Positions 46,921 to 56,278 of a DNA stretch of 64,000 nucleotides are shown piece after piece. Every line of letters begins with the position of its first letter. Positions within the stretch are counted from its first letter, which is position 1. A program made the position numbers and the translations under genes. The DNA is taken from assembly GCA_002763265.1 (NCBI GenBank), contig PEZQ01000007.1, forward strand, positions 63,368-127,367, read 5' to 3'. Origin of the DNA: an archaeon CG10_big_fil_rev_8_21_14_0_10_43_11 (lineage in GTDB: Archaea; Nanobdellota; Nanobdellia; PEZQ01). Below the pieces are notes generated by a model, which was given only the letters and a program-made list of their open reading frames with translations, was not told the DNA's origin and ran no database searches.

Positions 46921-48732
46921 TTACCCAGCTCCGCCTCCACCACCGCCAGCGCCGCCACCAAAACCCCCGCCGCCACCAAAACCGCCAGCGCCACCCGAAC
47001 TCTTGGGCGAACCAGCAGCATACGCGCTATTAAAACCAATATAAAACGCAGGATACCACAAAACAGGCCCAAGCGAACTTCTCTCAAAATCAGGCATAAA
47101 CAATTCCATTGCCTTAATCACGTTCTGCGCTTCGCCAAGGGCAATACCATACACCAAATATTGTTCCCAGAGCACAACTGATTGAGGAGGGTGTTCTTTT
47201 ATCAAGCTAAAATCTGACAAGAACTTCTTAAAATTATTCCACTTATAATAAAACAAGGCACCCTCAACAGTTCTGCGCCCCACAACCGCCATAGGCACGA
47301 CAAGCGTGAGTGCGCTTATCACCACAGAAAAAAGGGTTGCCCACCCAATACTAATTGCAGGATACGAATACGCGCTACTTGACACAAGCACAAAAAACAT
47401 AAGCGCGACAAAGATGGTAACAAGACTTGTGCCAAGAACAACGTGCACCCCTGTTGCGTCAAATAATTGTTTTTTTGAGAAGCGAGAACTCACCAAGTAT
47501 TTCCATTCTTTAAACACGCGGTCAAAAGCACGCCAATTTGTTTGATTCTGTATGTGGCCTTGAAACTCGCTCCACAACAATTCATTGCCTTGAGCCACGC
47601 TTTTCACGTATTCAAGAACCAACTCTTCAAAATCGCGCAACGGTTTTTTTGCGTGCACAAAGGTAAGTTTGAAATCCTTTTCAACCTTTTTTCCAAAAAG
47701 ACCCGCTTTCTTGTGTGACACGCGTGTGAGTTTGACAAAACCTTTTGTAACAAGGTCAAAAAGGGTTGCTAAAAACCCGTCAAGCGTAGGTTCACTACTC
47801 CTGCCAAGGCTTGCAAGAAACATCGCATTCACTTCAGCAGGCGCGTGCTCAGTTGGGGGTTCACGCTCGTACACGCCAAAATACTCAACGTCAGGCTCGC
47901 GACCAAATTTGAGATACACGAGCGCAAACACGAAAAGAGGGAGCAAAATCAAAAGAGGCATGAGTTGGAAAACATAAAACACGAGCGCGTTTTGTGTGTT
48001 ATGAGTGTTTTGCTGTGCAAGAATTTTTTCCTCTCCAAGACCCGGCATGCGCTGTGCAACATTAGGTTTGGTGAACGCTGCACCGGGCATAAGAGCGCGA
48101 AACTCAAGCCACTGCCCTTTTGGCAAATCCTTTGCGGTAATGGTGTACATGCTTTGTGAAGACGCGTAGCGCGCATTCACGCCATAATAGGGTTGAAGCC
48201 AGAAGTTACTAACAGGCGTCGAGAAATTAATTGTGGCATACACGTTTTCAAGTGCTTCCCACTCGCGACCCCACACCTGAAAATGAATGTCTGCTACATC
48301 ATCATACACGTACACCGCACCATTAAGCACGTAGTCAAAACTGACAACCTGTTTTTGATTACATACAGGATTTGTGAACGTGATTTTTCCCGTAGCCTGC
48401 GCTGATGAACCACCAATCAACACGGTGTTTGGTATGTTGGCGCTTGGCGCAAAGTTTGTAACACGCTGACCTTGCGCAAGCGGGATGGTACGGTACGCAA
48501 ACGTGTAGCACCCCGTAAAATCAAACATGATGTCTTCATGAACCGCAATAGAACCGTTTTGGAGCACGTTCACCGTCACGTTTGCGTCAGAAAGCGCGTA
48601 ATGCTTTTGTGAAAATGAGGAAATGACAAGAGTCGGATGAAAAACTGCAAGCAAAAAAAGAAAAACGCCTAGTGAAAATATAAAAAAAACAAAAACGCGT
48701 TCAAATGTGTTGCTTTGAATAATGCGTGCCAT
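46921..48732 (-). CDS. DUF2207-family membrane protein with C-terminal Gly-rich tail
   Basis: 603 aa; N-terminal signal/TM, large extracytoplasmic domain, central TM helices, cytoplasmic domain and SGGAGGFGGGGGFGGGAGGGGGGAG tail; located directly downstream of lemA. Confidence 0.55.
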   Translation of the reverse strand: MARIIQSNTFERVFVFFIFSLGVFLFLLAVFHPTLVISSFSQKHYALSDANVTVNVLQNGSIAVHEDIMFDFTGCYTFAYRTIPLAQGQRVTNFAPSANIPNTVLIGGSSAQATGKITFTNPVCNQKQVVSFDYVLNGAVYVYDDVADIHFQVWGREWEALENVYATINFSTPVSNFWLQPYYGVNARYASSQSMYTITAKDLPKGQWLEFRALMPGAAFTKPNVAQRMPGLGEEKILAQQNTHNTQNALVFYVFQLMPLLILLPLFVFALVYLKFGREPDVEYFGVYEREPPTEHAPAEVNAMFLASLGRSSEPTLDGFLATLFDLVTKGFVKLTRVSHKKAGLFGKKVEKDFKLTFVHAKKPLRDFEELVLEYVKSVAQGNELLWSEFQGHIQNQTNWRAFDRVFKEWKYLVSSRFSKKQLFDATGVHVVLGTSLVTIFVALMFFVLVSSSAYSYPAISIGWATLFSVVISALTLVVPMAVVGRRTVEGALFYYKWNNFKKFLSDFSLIKEHPPQSVVLWEQYLVYGIALGEAQNVIKAMELFMPDFERSSLGPVLWYPAFYIGFNSAYAAGSPKSSGGAGGFGGGGGFGGGAGGGGGGAG

Positions 48733-48738
48733 GCCTTT

Positions 48739-49320
48739 TTAAAATGATACTTTTGGCGCACCCTTCTCAGCTTCAGGCAGGTTGAACACGTCTTTTTGCG
48801 CAAACCCAAATAGTTTTGCAAACATGTTTGATGGAAACATTTGCACTTTATTGTTGTACATAAGCACTGTGTCGTTGTAGAACTGTCTTGCATACGCGAG
48901 TTTATCCTCAGTTTCTGCAAGTTGTGCTTGCAAGCTCACAAAATTCTCATTTGCACGAAGCTTTGGATAATTCTCTGCAACCGCAAACAACGTCTTAAGC
49001 GCAGAGGTTAACATATTATTTGCACTCAACTTATCCTCAGTTGATTGTGCAGACATCATGCTTGCACGCGCTTTTGTGACATTTTCAAACACACTTTTTT
49101 CATGCTTTGCATACCCCTTAACGGTCTCAACCAGATTTGGAATAAGGTCTGCTCGACGCTTGAGCTGCACGTTTATTTGACCAAGTGAATTCTCAACACG
49201 ATTTTTGAGCACGACAAGTGAATTGTACACGCTCCACGCCACAATGACAAGGAGCACAATTAACCCAATGGCAATAGCGCCAATCCACTCTAACATACTA
49301 TCACACAAGACCGAACACAC
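48739..49320 (-). CDS. lemA: LemA-family protein
   Basis: N-terminal TM then [44 protein letters not shown], characteristic of LemA. Confidence 0.8.
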   Translation of the reverse strand: MCSVLCDSMLEWIGAIAIGLIVLLVIVAWSVYNSLVVLKNRVENSLGQINVQLKRRADLIPNLVETVKGYAKHEKSVFENVTKARASMMSAQSTEDKLSANNMLTSALKTLFAVAENYPKLRANENFVSLQAQLAETEDKLAYARQFYNDTVLMYNNKVQMFPSNMFAKLFGFAQKDVFNLPEAEKGAPKVSF

Positions 49321-49350
49321 TTAAAACCATTATGTTTTTCAAAAAAAGAA

Positions 49351-49782
49351 TTATATAAAACGGGTATATATCTTCGTGGTAAATTGTATAACTATCTCTG
49401 CATACTCTTTATCGAACTGTTTGCCATAATACAAAATACCATTTCTAAAATAGCGCAATTTATTCAAGAGGCGAACTTCTGTTTCAGAAAACTTAAGTTT
49501 TCTCGAAAAGGCAACTTCCGCTTCATGAGCGCCATGCCCTACACTTGAAAACCCTTGTTCATACATCTTTGCTCGTATTAAAAACATAATAATATTATAA
49601 CAGTATTCAACATAATCATTTGCATTCGTATCATCTATGCCAAGTCTATCTACCATGTTCTGTAAAATGAAGAATTTTCGCTTCGCTTCTGACAACATAC
49701 TTCGTGCTCGCTCTACATCGTTACTTCCTTTTTTTATAACCCCCTCTTCAAGAAATTCTTCAAAAGACTTTACTATTCTCAT
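49351..49782 (-). CDS. HEPN-like / nucleotidyltransferase substrate-binding protein (putative toxin partner)
   Basis: 143-aa all-helical ORF overlapping by 4 nt the upstream minimal nucleotidyltransferase gene; family inferred mostly from context. Confidence 0.4.
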   Translation of the reverse strand: MRIVKSFEEFLEEGVIKKGSNDVERARSMLSEAKRKFFILQNMVDRLGIDDTNANDYVEYCYNIIMFLIRAKMYEQGFSSVGHGAHEAEVAFSRKLKFSETEVRLLNKLRYFRNGILYYGKQFDKEYAEIVIQFTTKIYTRFI

Positions 49783-50318
49783 AACTCAACACCCCCCTCT
49801 AAAACAATGCCATTAAGAAGATTATTTTTAAGATGTTTGTGTATAGATTTCCAAGAATCATAAAAATTAATGTTTATCATCTTGTGTAATTCTTTTTCGT
49901 ATGCCGCAACATTAAGGTATTTTTCTTTTCTTCCAATCACTGCAATGTCAATGTCTGATCCTTTTGTATCTTCTCCTCTTGCATAACTACCAAAGAGAAT
50001 AATCGTTGCACCTGCAAGTTTTTCCTCAAGAAAATCAGATAAACCAGAAACATAGACCAATCTAAGATTTTCAACACGTTTAAGTTGAATCGCTCGTGGA
50101 TAGTTTATATTAAAAGACACGAAATGTGCAGTTCTAGTCTTTTCTCGCTTCGCGAGATTCTCATCTAAAAGCCGATGTACTGCTTTAGAAACAGCAGTAG
50201 GAGAAACGGATAATAAACCAGCTAGTTCTCGCTGACTTAATTTTTCTCCCGCCCGCTTGCACAACAAAGAAAATAATGCTGTTTCAAGTCGTGTAAACTC
50301 TTGTTTATACTTATCCAT
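49779..50318 (-). CDS. Minimal nucleotidyltransferase (MNT) with N-terminal HTH
   Basis: GSYARGEDTKGSDIDIAV (GS...DxD NTase motif); N-terminal HTH LSQRELAGLLSVSPTAVSKAVHRL. Confidence 0.7.
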   Translation of the reverse strand: MDKYKQEFTRLETALFSLLCKRAGEKLSQRELAGLLSVSPTAVSKAVHRLLDENLAKREKTRTAHFVSFNINYPRAIQLKRVENLRLVYVSGLSDFLEEKLAGATIILFGSYARGEDTKGSDIDIAVIGRKEKYLNVAAYEKELHKMININFYDSWKSIHKHLKNNLLNGIVLEGGVEL

Positions 50319-50654
50319 TTTAGTTTAAATGTGTCTATTTTAGTTTATATATGTTTTGATAGACAACCACTCAAAAAAAGAGAATTTTAAAAACTATGAG
50401 CAGGTGATAAAACACTATAAAAATCTGGACTGAAATTGGTTACGTTGCATACTACACTCAAAATCTCAGAAAGGACAAACAATTATTCAAACAAAAAAAA
50501 TTATAGACTCACAAATAAAAGCAAGCAGGGCGCTATGTAACAAACGCGTTACGCATAAAAATTATAAACCACAAGCACGAAACTATTTGCACTCAATCAA
50601 TCTCGTATAACCACCCCACCATTTAACAAAAAAAAAGCAAAAACTATTTATAAT

Positions 50655-50670
50655 GTTCGTATATACGAAC
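50655..50670. promoter_or_regulatory. Perfect 16-bp palindrome GTTCGTATATACGAAC, candidate DtxR-family operator
   Basis: Seen directly; ends 6 nt upstream of the likely DtxR start (ATG 50677). Confidence 0.45.
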
Positions 50671-50676
50671 AAAGTA

Positions 50677-51084
50677 ATGACTACTGAGACGCGTGAAGAC
50701 TACATTCGCGCCATCTGGAAACTCAAAGAAAAAAACGGCGCGGTCAAATCAAAAGACGTGGCAGAAATGACGGGTCTTGCAAAATCAACGATTTCTGAGC
50801 GCCTGCGCGGCCTCAAAGATGAGGGGCTTGTCACTTTCAAACCCTACACCGACATAACACTCACCAAAAAAGGAGAAGCGCTTGCAGCAGAGCTCACGTA
50901 CAAGCACAGGCTCATTGAAGTTTTTTTACACAAAACACTGGGCATGCCCATCAACAAGATTCATGACGAAGCAAACCGGCTTGAACACGCGTTTTCTGAC
51001 GAGTCAATCACGCATCTTGCGCGCTTTCTTGGCAACCCAAAAAAAGACCCGCACGGCAGCCCCCTACGAGGCAAAAAACCATGA
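50677..51084 (+). CDS. DtxR-family metal-dependent transcriptional repressor (MntR/SirR/TroR-like)
   Basis: TETREDYIRAIWKL...VKSKDVAEMTGLAKSTISERLRGLKDEGLV (wHTH) plus metal-binding helical domain. ORF track starts at 50653; internal Met 50677 preferred. Confidence 0.8.
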   Translation: MTTETREDYIRAIWKLKEKNGAVKSKDVAEMTGLAKSTISERLRGLKDEGLVTFKPYTDITLTKKGEALAAELTYKHRLIEVFLHKTLGMPINKIHDEANRLEHAFSDESITHLARFLGNPKKDPHGSPLRGKKP

Positions 51085-51992
51085 ACAAGCTCATCATCGC
51101 TCTGTTTGGGCTCCTGCTTTTGGGCGGGTGCACCGCGCAAACTACGACTGATGACGCGCGCATACGCGTCGTGACCACGATTGGCATGATTACTGACATC
51201 GTCCAAAACGTGGGCGGCGACTACGTACGCGTGACGGGTCTTATGGGTCCTGGCGTTGACCCGCACCTCTACAAAACAAGTGAAGGAGACGTGCGCGCCA
51301 TGAGCAGCACAGACATCATCTTCTACAACGGACTGCATCTGGAATCAAAAATGGGCGACGTGATTGAAGGCATGGAACAGCTCACGCACGTTGTTGCCGT
51401 TACTGACTACCTTAACAAAAGTGAACTGCTTGATTTTCCCGCGTTTCCCGGACAATACGACCCGCACGTCTGGTTTAACGTGAAATACTGGATGAACGCA
51501 ACACAAAAAGTCCGCGATGAACTCATCAGATACGACCCTGCACACGCGCAGTACTACAAAGACAACGCACAAACCTATCAGGCAGGTCTTGAAGCGCTTG
51601 ACGCGTACGTGACTGCCCAGATTCAGCGTGTACCCGAACAACAGCGCGTACTCATCACAGCCCATGACGCGTTTAGTTATTTTGGGCGCGAATACGGCCT
51701 TGACGTGCGCGGACTCCAAGGCATCAGCACTGAAGCTCAGGCAGGCACAGGCGACGTGCAAGAACTTGTTGACTTCATTGTTTTGCAAAAAATAAAAGCC
51801 ATCTTCATTGAATCATCTGTTCCTGAACGAAACATAAAAGCAGTGGAAGAAGCAGTTGAGGCAAAAGGCTGGAACGTGTCAATTGGCGGCGAACTCTTCT
51901 CTGACGCCATGGGTGACGCGGGCACGTTTGAAGGCACGTACATAGGCATGGTCACGCACAACGTGGATACCATCGTGGGCGCACTCTCGTGA
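51081..51992 (+). CDS. Metal ABC transporter substrate-binding lipoprotein (TroA/ZnuA/MntC family)
   Basis: Lipoprotein signal MNKLIIALFGLLLLGGC; cluster-9 SBP length and His/Asp-rich metal-site regions. Confidence 0.8.
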   Translation: MNKLIIALFGLLLLGGCTAQTTTDDARIRVVTTIGMITDIVQNVGGDYVRVTGLMGPGVDPHLYKTSEGDVRAMSSTDIIFYNGLHLESKMGDVIEGMEQLTHVVAVTDYLNKSELLDFPAFPGQYDPHVWFNVKYWMNATQKVRDELIRYDPAHAQYYKDNAQTYQAGLEALDAYVTAQIQRVPEQQRVLITAHDAFSYFGREYGLDVRGLQGISTEAQAGTGDVQELVDFIVLQKIKAIFIESSVPERNIKAVEEAVEAKGWNVSIGGELFSDAMGDAGTFEGTYIGMVTHNVDTIVGALS

Positions 51993-52735
51993 TTAGTATG
52001 AAAAAAGAATTAGCACTCAGCGTAGACGACTTAACCGTTGCGTACAACGAAAAACCAGTACTTTGGGACATTGACGCGCACGTGCCTCAAGGCGTGCTGC
52101 TTGCCATTGTCGGACCAAACGGGGCGGGAAAAACAACGTTTATCAAAAGCGTGCTTGGACTTATTAAACCCGCAGCGGGCACGGTCACGTTTTTTGCCAA
52201 ACCCTACCAGGCAAAACGAAAAAAAATAGCGTACGTGCCTCAGCGAACCAGCGTTGACTGGGATTTTCCCGCAACCGTGCTTGACGTGGTGCTTATGGGA
52301 ACGTACGGCCAGCTTGGCTGGATTCGCCGTGCTGGAAAAAAACAAAAACAACACGCATATCAAAGCCTTGAGCGCGTTGGCATGAGTAAATTTGCAGACC
52401 GCCACATCAGCCAACTCTCAGGCGGCCAACAACAACGCGTCTTTCTTGCGCGCGCACTTGTTCAAGACGCTGACGTGTATCTCATGGACGAACCCTTTGC
52501 AGGCGTTGACACAACCACTGAACAAGCAATTCTCGCACTCTTGCAAAACCTGCGAAAAAAAGGAAAAACCGTGATTGTTGTGCACCACGACTTGCAGACC
52601 GTGAAAAAATATTTCGACTGGGTCATGCTTCTTAACGTGCGAAAAATCGGTTTTGGACCAGTTGAAAGCGTGATGACAAACGAGAACTTGAAAAAAACGT
52701 ACGGGGGCACGGCTGCATTTCTAGAAAACGAGTGA
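51989..52735 (+). CDS. Metal ABC transporter ATP-binding protein
   Basis: Walker A GPNGAGKTT, signature LSGGQQQRV, Walker B DVYLMDEP. Confidence 0.85.
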   Translation: MISMKKELALSVDDLTVAYNEKPVLWDIDAHVPQGVLLAIVGPNGAGKTTFIKSVLGLIKPAAGTVTFFAKPYQAKRKKIAYVPQRTSVDWDFPATVLDVVLMGTYGQLGWIRRAGKKQKQHAYQSLERVGMSKFADRHISQLSGGQQQRVFLARALVQDADVYLMDEPFAGVDTTTEQAILALLQNLRKKGKTVIVVHHDLQTVKKYFDWVMLLNVRKIGFGPVESVMTNENLKKTYGGTAAFLENE

Positions 52736-52744
52736 AACCACACC

Positions 52745-53887
52745 ATGCTTGAACTCTTGTACAACCTTTTTTTTGATTACACACTTCGAAATGTGGCGCT
52801 TGGCTCTGCCACTATTGGGGTGCTCTCAGGCGTGCTTGGTAGCTTTGCTGTGCTTCGAAAAAAAAGCCTGCTTGGAGACGCAATCTCGCACGCAGCCCTT
52901 CCTGGCATTGCACTCGCATTTCTTTTTACCCTTAGCAAAAATTCGCTTGTACTCCTTTTTGGCGCCATGCTCGCCGGTCTTGCAGGCGCAAGCATCGTGC
53001 TTATCGTGCACAAAAACAGCAAGATAAGTGAAGACGCCGCGCTTGGCATTGTCCTCTCCTCATTTTTTGGGCTGGGTATTTTTCTTCTCACCATTATACA
53101 ACGCATTGCAAGCGCAAAAAAAGCAGGTCTTGAAACCTTCCTGTTTGGCAACGCATCAACCATGCTTGCAAGCGACGTGTACACCCTGCTCTTTTTTGCA
53201 GGCCTCGCGCTCGCGCTGACCGCGCTTTTTTGGAAAGAGTTCAAGCTCGTTTCCTTTGATTACGCGTACGCTAAAACCCTGGGGTTTCACACTCTTGGCA
53301 TTGAAGCGCTCATTACTGCGCTTATCGTGCTTGCTATTGTGATTGGACTCCAAACTGTTGGCGTCGTGCTTATGAGCGCGTTTATTATTGCGCCTGCAGT
53401 TGCAGCACGCCAATGGACTAAAACCCTCTTTGGCATGGTCACACTCTCAGCACTGTTTGGCGCCGTCTCAGGCGTGAGTGGCGCCATGATAAGCAGCGCT
53501 CAGCGAAACGTGCCAACAGGACCCGTTATCGTAATTGTCATGAGTTGCATTGTCTTTTTTTCCCTGCTCTTTTCTCCAACACGCGGCATTGTAAGCGAAA
53601 AAATCAAAGACGCAAAAAAACGAAAAAACCTTGACGTCAAAGGCGTGCTCATAGACGTGTTCTTACTCTCACACAATCACGCGAAACGAACCCACCCTCA
53701 CCACGTGAGCGCGATTCAGGCAGTGTCGCACGCGTCAGCAAAAAACAGTCTTGACGTGCTTGAACAACTCGGGCTTGTAACACAAGACGCGCACGAGTAT
53801 TGGCGCCTTACTCCTGCTGGCGTGCTGGAAGCAGAAAAAATACTGCAAAAAAAAGGAGGTGGTCCCTCACATGTTAGTGCAAGCTGA
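52745..53887 (+). CDS. Metal ABC transporter permease (ABC-3 family) with C-terminal winged-helix-like extension
   Basis: About 270-aa polytopic permease core followed by about 100-aa soluble tail (...LDVLEQLGLVTQDAHEYWRLTPAGVLEA...). Confidence 0.75.
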   Translation: MLELLYNLFFDYTLRNVALGSATIGVLSGVLGSFAVLRKKSLLGDAISHAALPGIALAFLFTLSKNSLVLLFGAMLAGLAGASIVLIVHKNSKISEDAALGIVLSSFFGLGIFLLTIIQRIASAKKAGLETFLFGNASTMLASDVYTLLFFAGLALALTALFWKEFKLVSFDYAYAKTLGFHTLGIEALITALIVLAIVIGLQTVGVVLMSAFIIAPAVAARQWTKTLFGMVTLSALFGAVSGVSGAMISSAQRNVPTGPVIVIVMSCIVFFSLLFSPTRGIVSEKIKDAKKRKNLDVKGVLIDVFLLSHNHAKRTHPHHVSAIQAVSHASAKNSLDVLEQLGLVTQDAHEYWRLTPAGVLEAEKILQKKGGGPSHVSAS

Positions 53888-54992
53888 AATCATCCTGCTT
53901 GCAAGCGTAGTCGCAAGCGCGTGCGCCATTCCCGGTGTGTTCTTGGTATTGCGAAAAATGAGCTTACTAAGCGACGCAATAGGCCATTCTATTCTTTTAG
54001 GAATCGTGCTCGGGTTTTTTATCTCACGCACCCTCAACTCACCGCTCCTCATTATAGGCGCAGCACTCATGGGCGTGTTCTCTGTTTTTTTAACCCAAAA
54101 AATCAAGAACACCGGCAGAGTTAAAGAAGACGCTTCAATTGGACTGGTGTTTCCCTTTCTCTTCTCGCTTGGCGTTATTCTTATCACGCGATTTGCAAGC
54201 AGAGTGCACATTGACACTGACGCAGTCCTGCTTGGAGAAATTGGGCTTGCACCATTCAACCGGCTCGTGCTTGGAGGCATTGACCTTGGACCCGTTTCAT
54301 TATGGATTATGAGCACAGTACTCGCGCTCAACGTGCTCTATGTTATCACATTCTACAAAGAGCTCAAGCTTGTAAGTTTTGACCAGGGACTTGCAAAAAG
54401 CCTTGGCTTCTCAACAGGATTTATCCATTACAGTCTTATGACTTTAGTAAGCATCACCACAGTAAGCGCGTTTGACTCAGTTGGCGCCGTGCTCGTTGTT
54501 GCCCTTATCATCGCGCCAGCTGCGAGCGCCTACCTTCTTGTTAATAGTGTGTCATCAATGCTTTTTTTGAGCGCGGTTTTTGGTGTGCTCTCAGCAGTCA
54601 CGGGCTACGCGCTTGCAAGCATGTTTAACGCATCTATCGCAGGCGCTATCGCAGTCATGACGGGCGTGTTCTTTTTGTGCGCATTTCTTTTCTCACCCCG
54701 CCACGGTGCGTTTTTCAGGCTTGCAAAGAAACGGGGGCAGAAAAAACTGTTTTCACTCCACATGCTGCTTGTGCACTTGCTTGACCATGAAAAAACACGT
54801 GATGAACCAGTGGAGAACACGATTGCAAACGCAGTAGAGCACATGAAATGGGCGCCTGCTTTTTCGCGCGAACTCGTCTTGCTTGGCACAAAAAAAGACT
54901 GGCTCTACGAAAAAAAACAGCGCCTCTACCTCACCTCCACGGGCAGAAGCGTTGCAAAACAGGTCATGCAAACGACAAGAATGGAGTATTAA
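53859..54992 (+). CDS. Metal ABC transporter permease (ABC-3 family) with C-terminal winged-helix-like extension
   Basis: Second permease paralogue; tail ...LVLLGTKKDWLYEKKQRLYLTSTGRSVAKQV... Confidence 0.75.
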   Translation: MVPHMLVQAEIILLASVVASACAIPGVFLVLRKMSLLSDAIGHSILLGIVLGFFISRTLNSPLLIIGAALMGVFSVFLTQKIKNTGRVKEDASIGLVFPFLFSLGVILITRFASRVHIDTDAVLLGEIGLAPFNRLVLGGIDLGPVSLWIMSTVLALNVLYVITFYKELKLVSFDQGLAKSLGFSTGFIHYSLMTLVSITTVSAFDSVGAVLVVALIIAPAASAYLLVNSVSSMLFLSAVFGVLSAVTGYALASMFNASIAGAIAVMTGVFFLCAFLFSPRHGAFFRLAKKRGQKKLFSLHMLLVHLLDHEKTRDEPVENTIANAVEHMKWAPAFSRELVLLGTKKDWLYEKKQRLYLTSTGRSVAKQVMQTTRMEY

Positions 54993-56278
54993 GCAATAAA
55001 CTGCATGCCCTTAAACAAAATAAGCGGAGCAATAAATGCTGATTTTTGAATTGGCTCACTGCCGATTGCGTTGATTTTCTTGATTGTATCAAACACGTTT
55101 CCGCTTATCATGCCTGACGAAATCGCGTGCGTTACCTCACCATTCTCAATTGCATACGCTTTTGCAAGCTCATTGCTAAAATCGCCTGACACGGGATTGC
55201 TCATGTGCGCGCCAGACACGCTTGACACGAGCACGCCTTTTTTAATTCCTGAAATAATATCGCTGCGCGATGCTGTTCCTCGCGCGATTACCACATTTGA
55301 TGCACCAATTGCAGGACGAGCAGTAAGTGATGAACAATTGCCTGTTGATTTTCTCTTTGCCAGATTTGCAGTGTAATAATCGTAGAGTCCTGACTTGAGC
55401 ACGCCTTTTTCAATAAGCACCGTCTTTTTTGCGCCAACACCTTCACTGTCAGACTCGTACGAGCCAAGACCATACTCAATTGTGGCATCATCAACAATGG
55501 AGAGTTTTGGTGACGCAACTTTTTCGCCAATCTTATGCGAAAAAAACGAATCTCCTTTGTGCAGAGCATACCCGTTGAGCGCTGAAACAAGGGTTTCACC
55601 AATCACATCCTGCAACGCCTCATGCTCCAAAACAACCGGGTACGTGCCGGTTTGGATTGGCTTTGGGTTTTGACTCTTGAGACATTCATCAATTGCTTCT
55701 TTTGCCACTTTTCCCGGGTTTGGTTGTTTTACAAACATATGACCTGACGAGCCAGTAATGTTGTTTTTGATAACATCCAGGCTCATTGAAACACCTGCAC
55801 GTATGTGCGAGTTTGACACGCCATTTGAATTTGCAACCAAGACCCGATGATGGCCTGTGCCCAGCCAAAGACCATGCATGCTCACCTTTGCGTGTTTTAC
55901 CATATCAAGCATGAGTTTTGCGTGCGCACCCAAATCCTCAACACTCATATCAAGGAGCGCAGGCTCAAAGAGCTTGACTGACGCTTTTGTGTCCTCAACA
56001 GGCAACCCCTTGAAGTGCCGGTCTTTTTCTGAGATGCGCGCAAGCTTTGTTGCCTGTTTGAGCGTTTCCTCCCACGTATCAGTGCGCGACGTGGTTGCAA
56101 CACCAGTTCTGCCATCAGGAAGCGTGACGCGAATAATCATGCGCTTTGAGTGCGAAAAATGAGGATAGAGAAGTTTATCTTTTTCATATACAAGCGACGT
56201 TTGCGTGCTCTCAGTAATACCCAGTTCTATATTATTGCGTTTATCACGTTTAATGATTTTATTACTCAGCTCTTCCAC
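54989..56278 (-). CDS. PmbA/TldE-family protein (TldD/PmbA metalloprotease partner)
   Basis: TldD/PmbA-fold protein immediately downstream of TldD. ORF track start 56395 overlaps tldD by 134 nt; GTG at 56278 (or TTG at 56281) just after the TldD stop is the more plausible start. Confidence 0.65.
   Translation of the reverse strand: MEELSNKIIKRDKRNNIELGITESTQTSLVYEKDKLLYPHFSHSKRMIIRVTLPDGRTGVATTSRTDTWEETLKQATKLARISEKDRHFKGLPVEDTKASVKLFEPALLDMSVEDLGAHAKLMLDMVKHAKVSMHGLWLGTGHHRVLVANSNGVSNSHIRAGVSMSLDVIKNNITGSSGHMFVKQPNPGKVAKEAIDECLKSQNPKPIQTGTYPVVLEHEALQDVIGETLVSALNGYALHKGDSFFSHKIGEKVASPKLSIVDDATIEYGLGSYESDSEGVGAKKTVLIEKGVLKSGLYDYYTANLAKRKSTGNCSSLTARPAIGASNVVIARGTASRSDIISGIKKGVLVSSVSGAHMSNPVSGDFSNELAKAYAIENGEVTHAISSGMISGNVFDTIKKINAIGSEPIQKSAFIAPLILFKGMQFIA

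Noticed and set aside
46921-47000. Gly-rich 3' end of the DUF2207 gene (GGxGG repeats) as a possible repeat element or CRISPR-like array
   Set aside because: It is in-frame coding low-complexity sequence (C-terminal poly-Gly tail); no spacer-repeat periodicity.
50882-51788. ORFs of 63-147 aa overlapping the DtxR and TroA genes on both strands
   Set aside because: Overlap well-supported genes in other frames; Arg/Ala-rich translations typical of GC-rich antisense frames.
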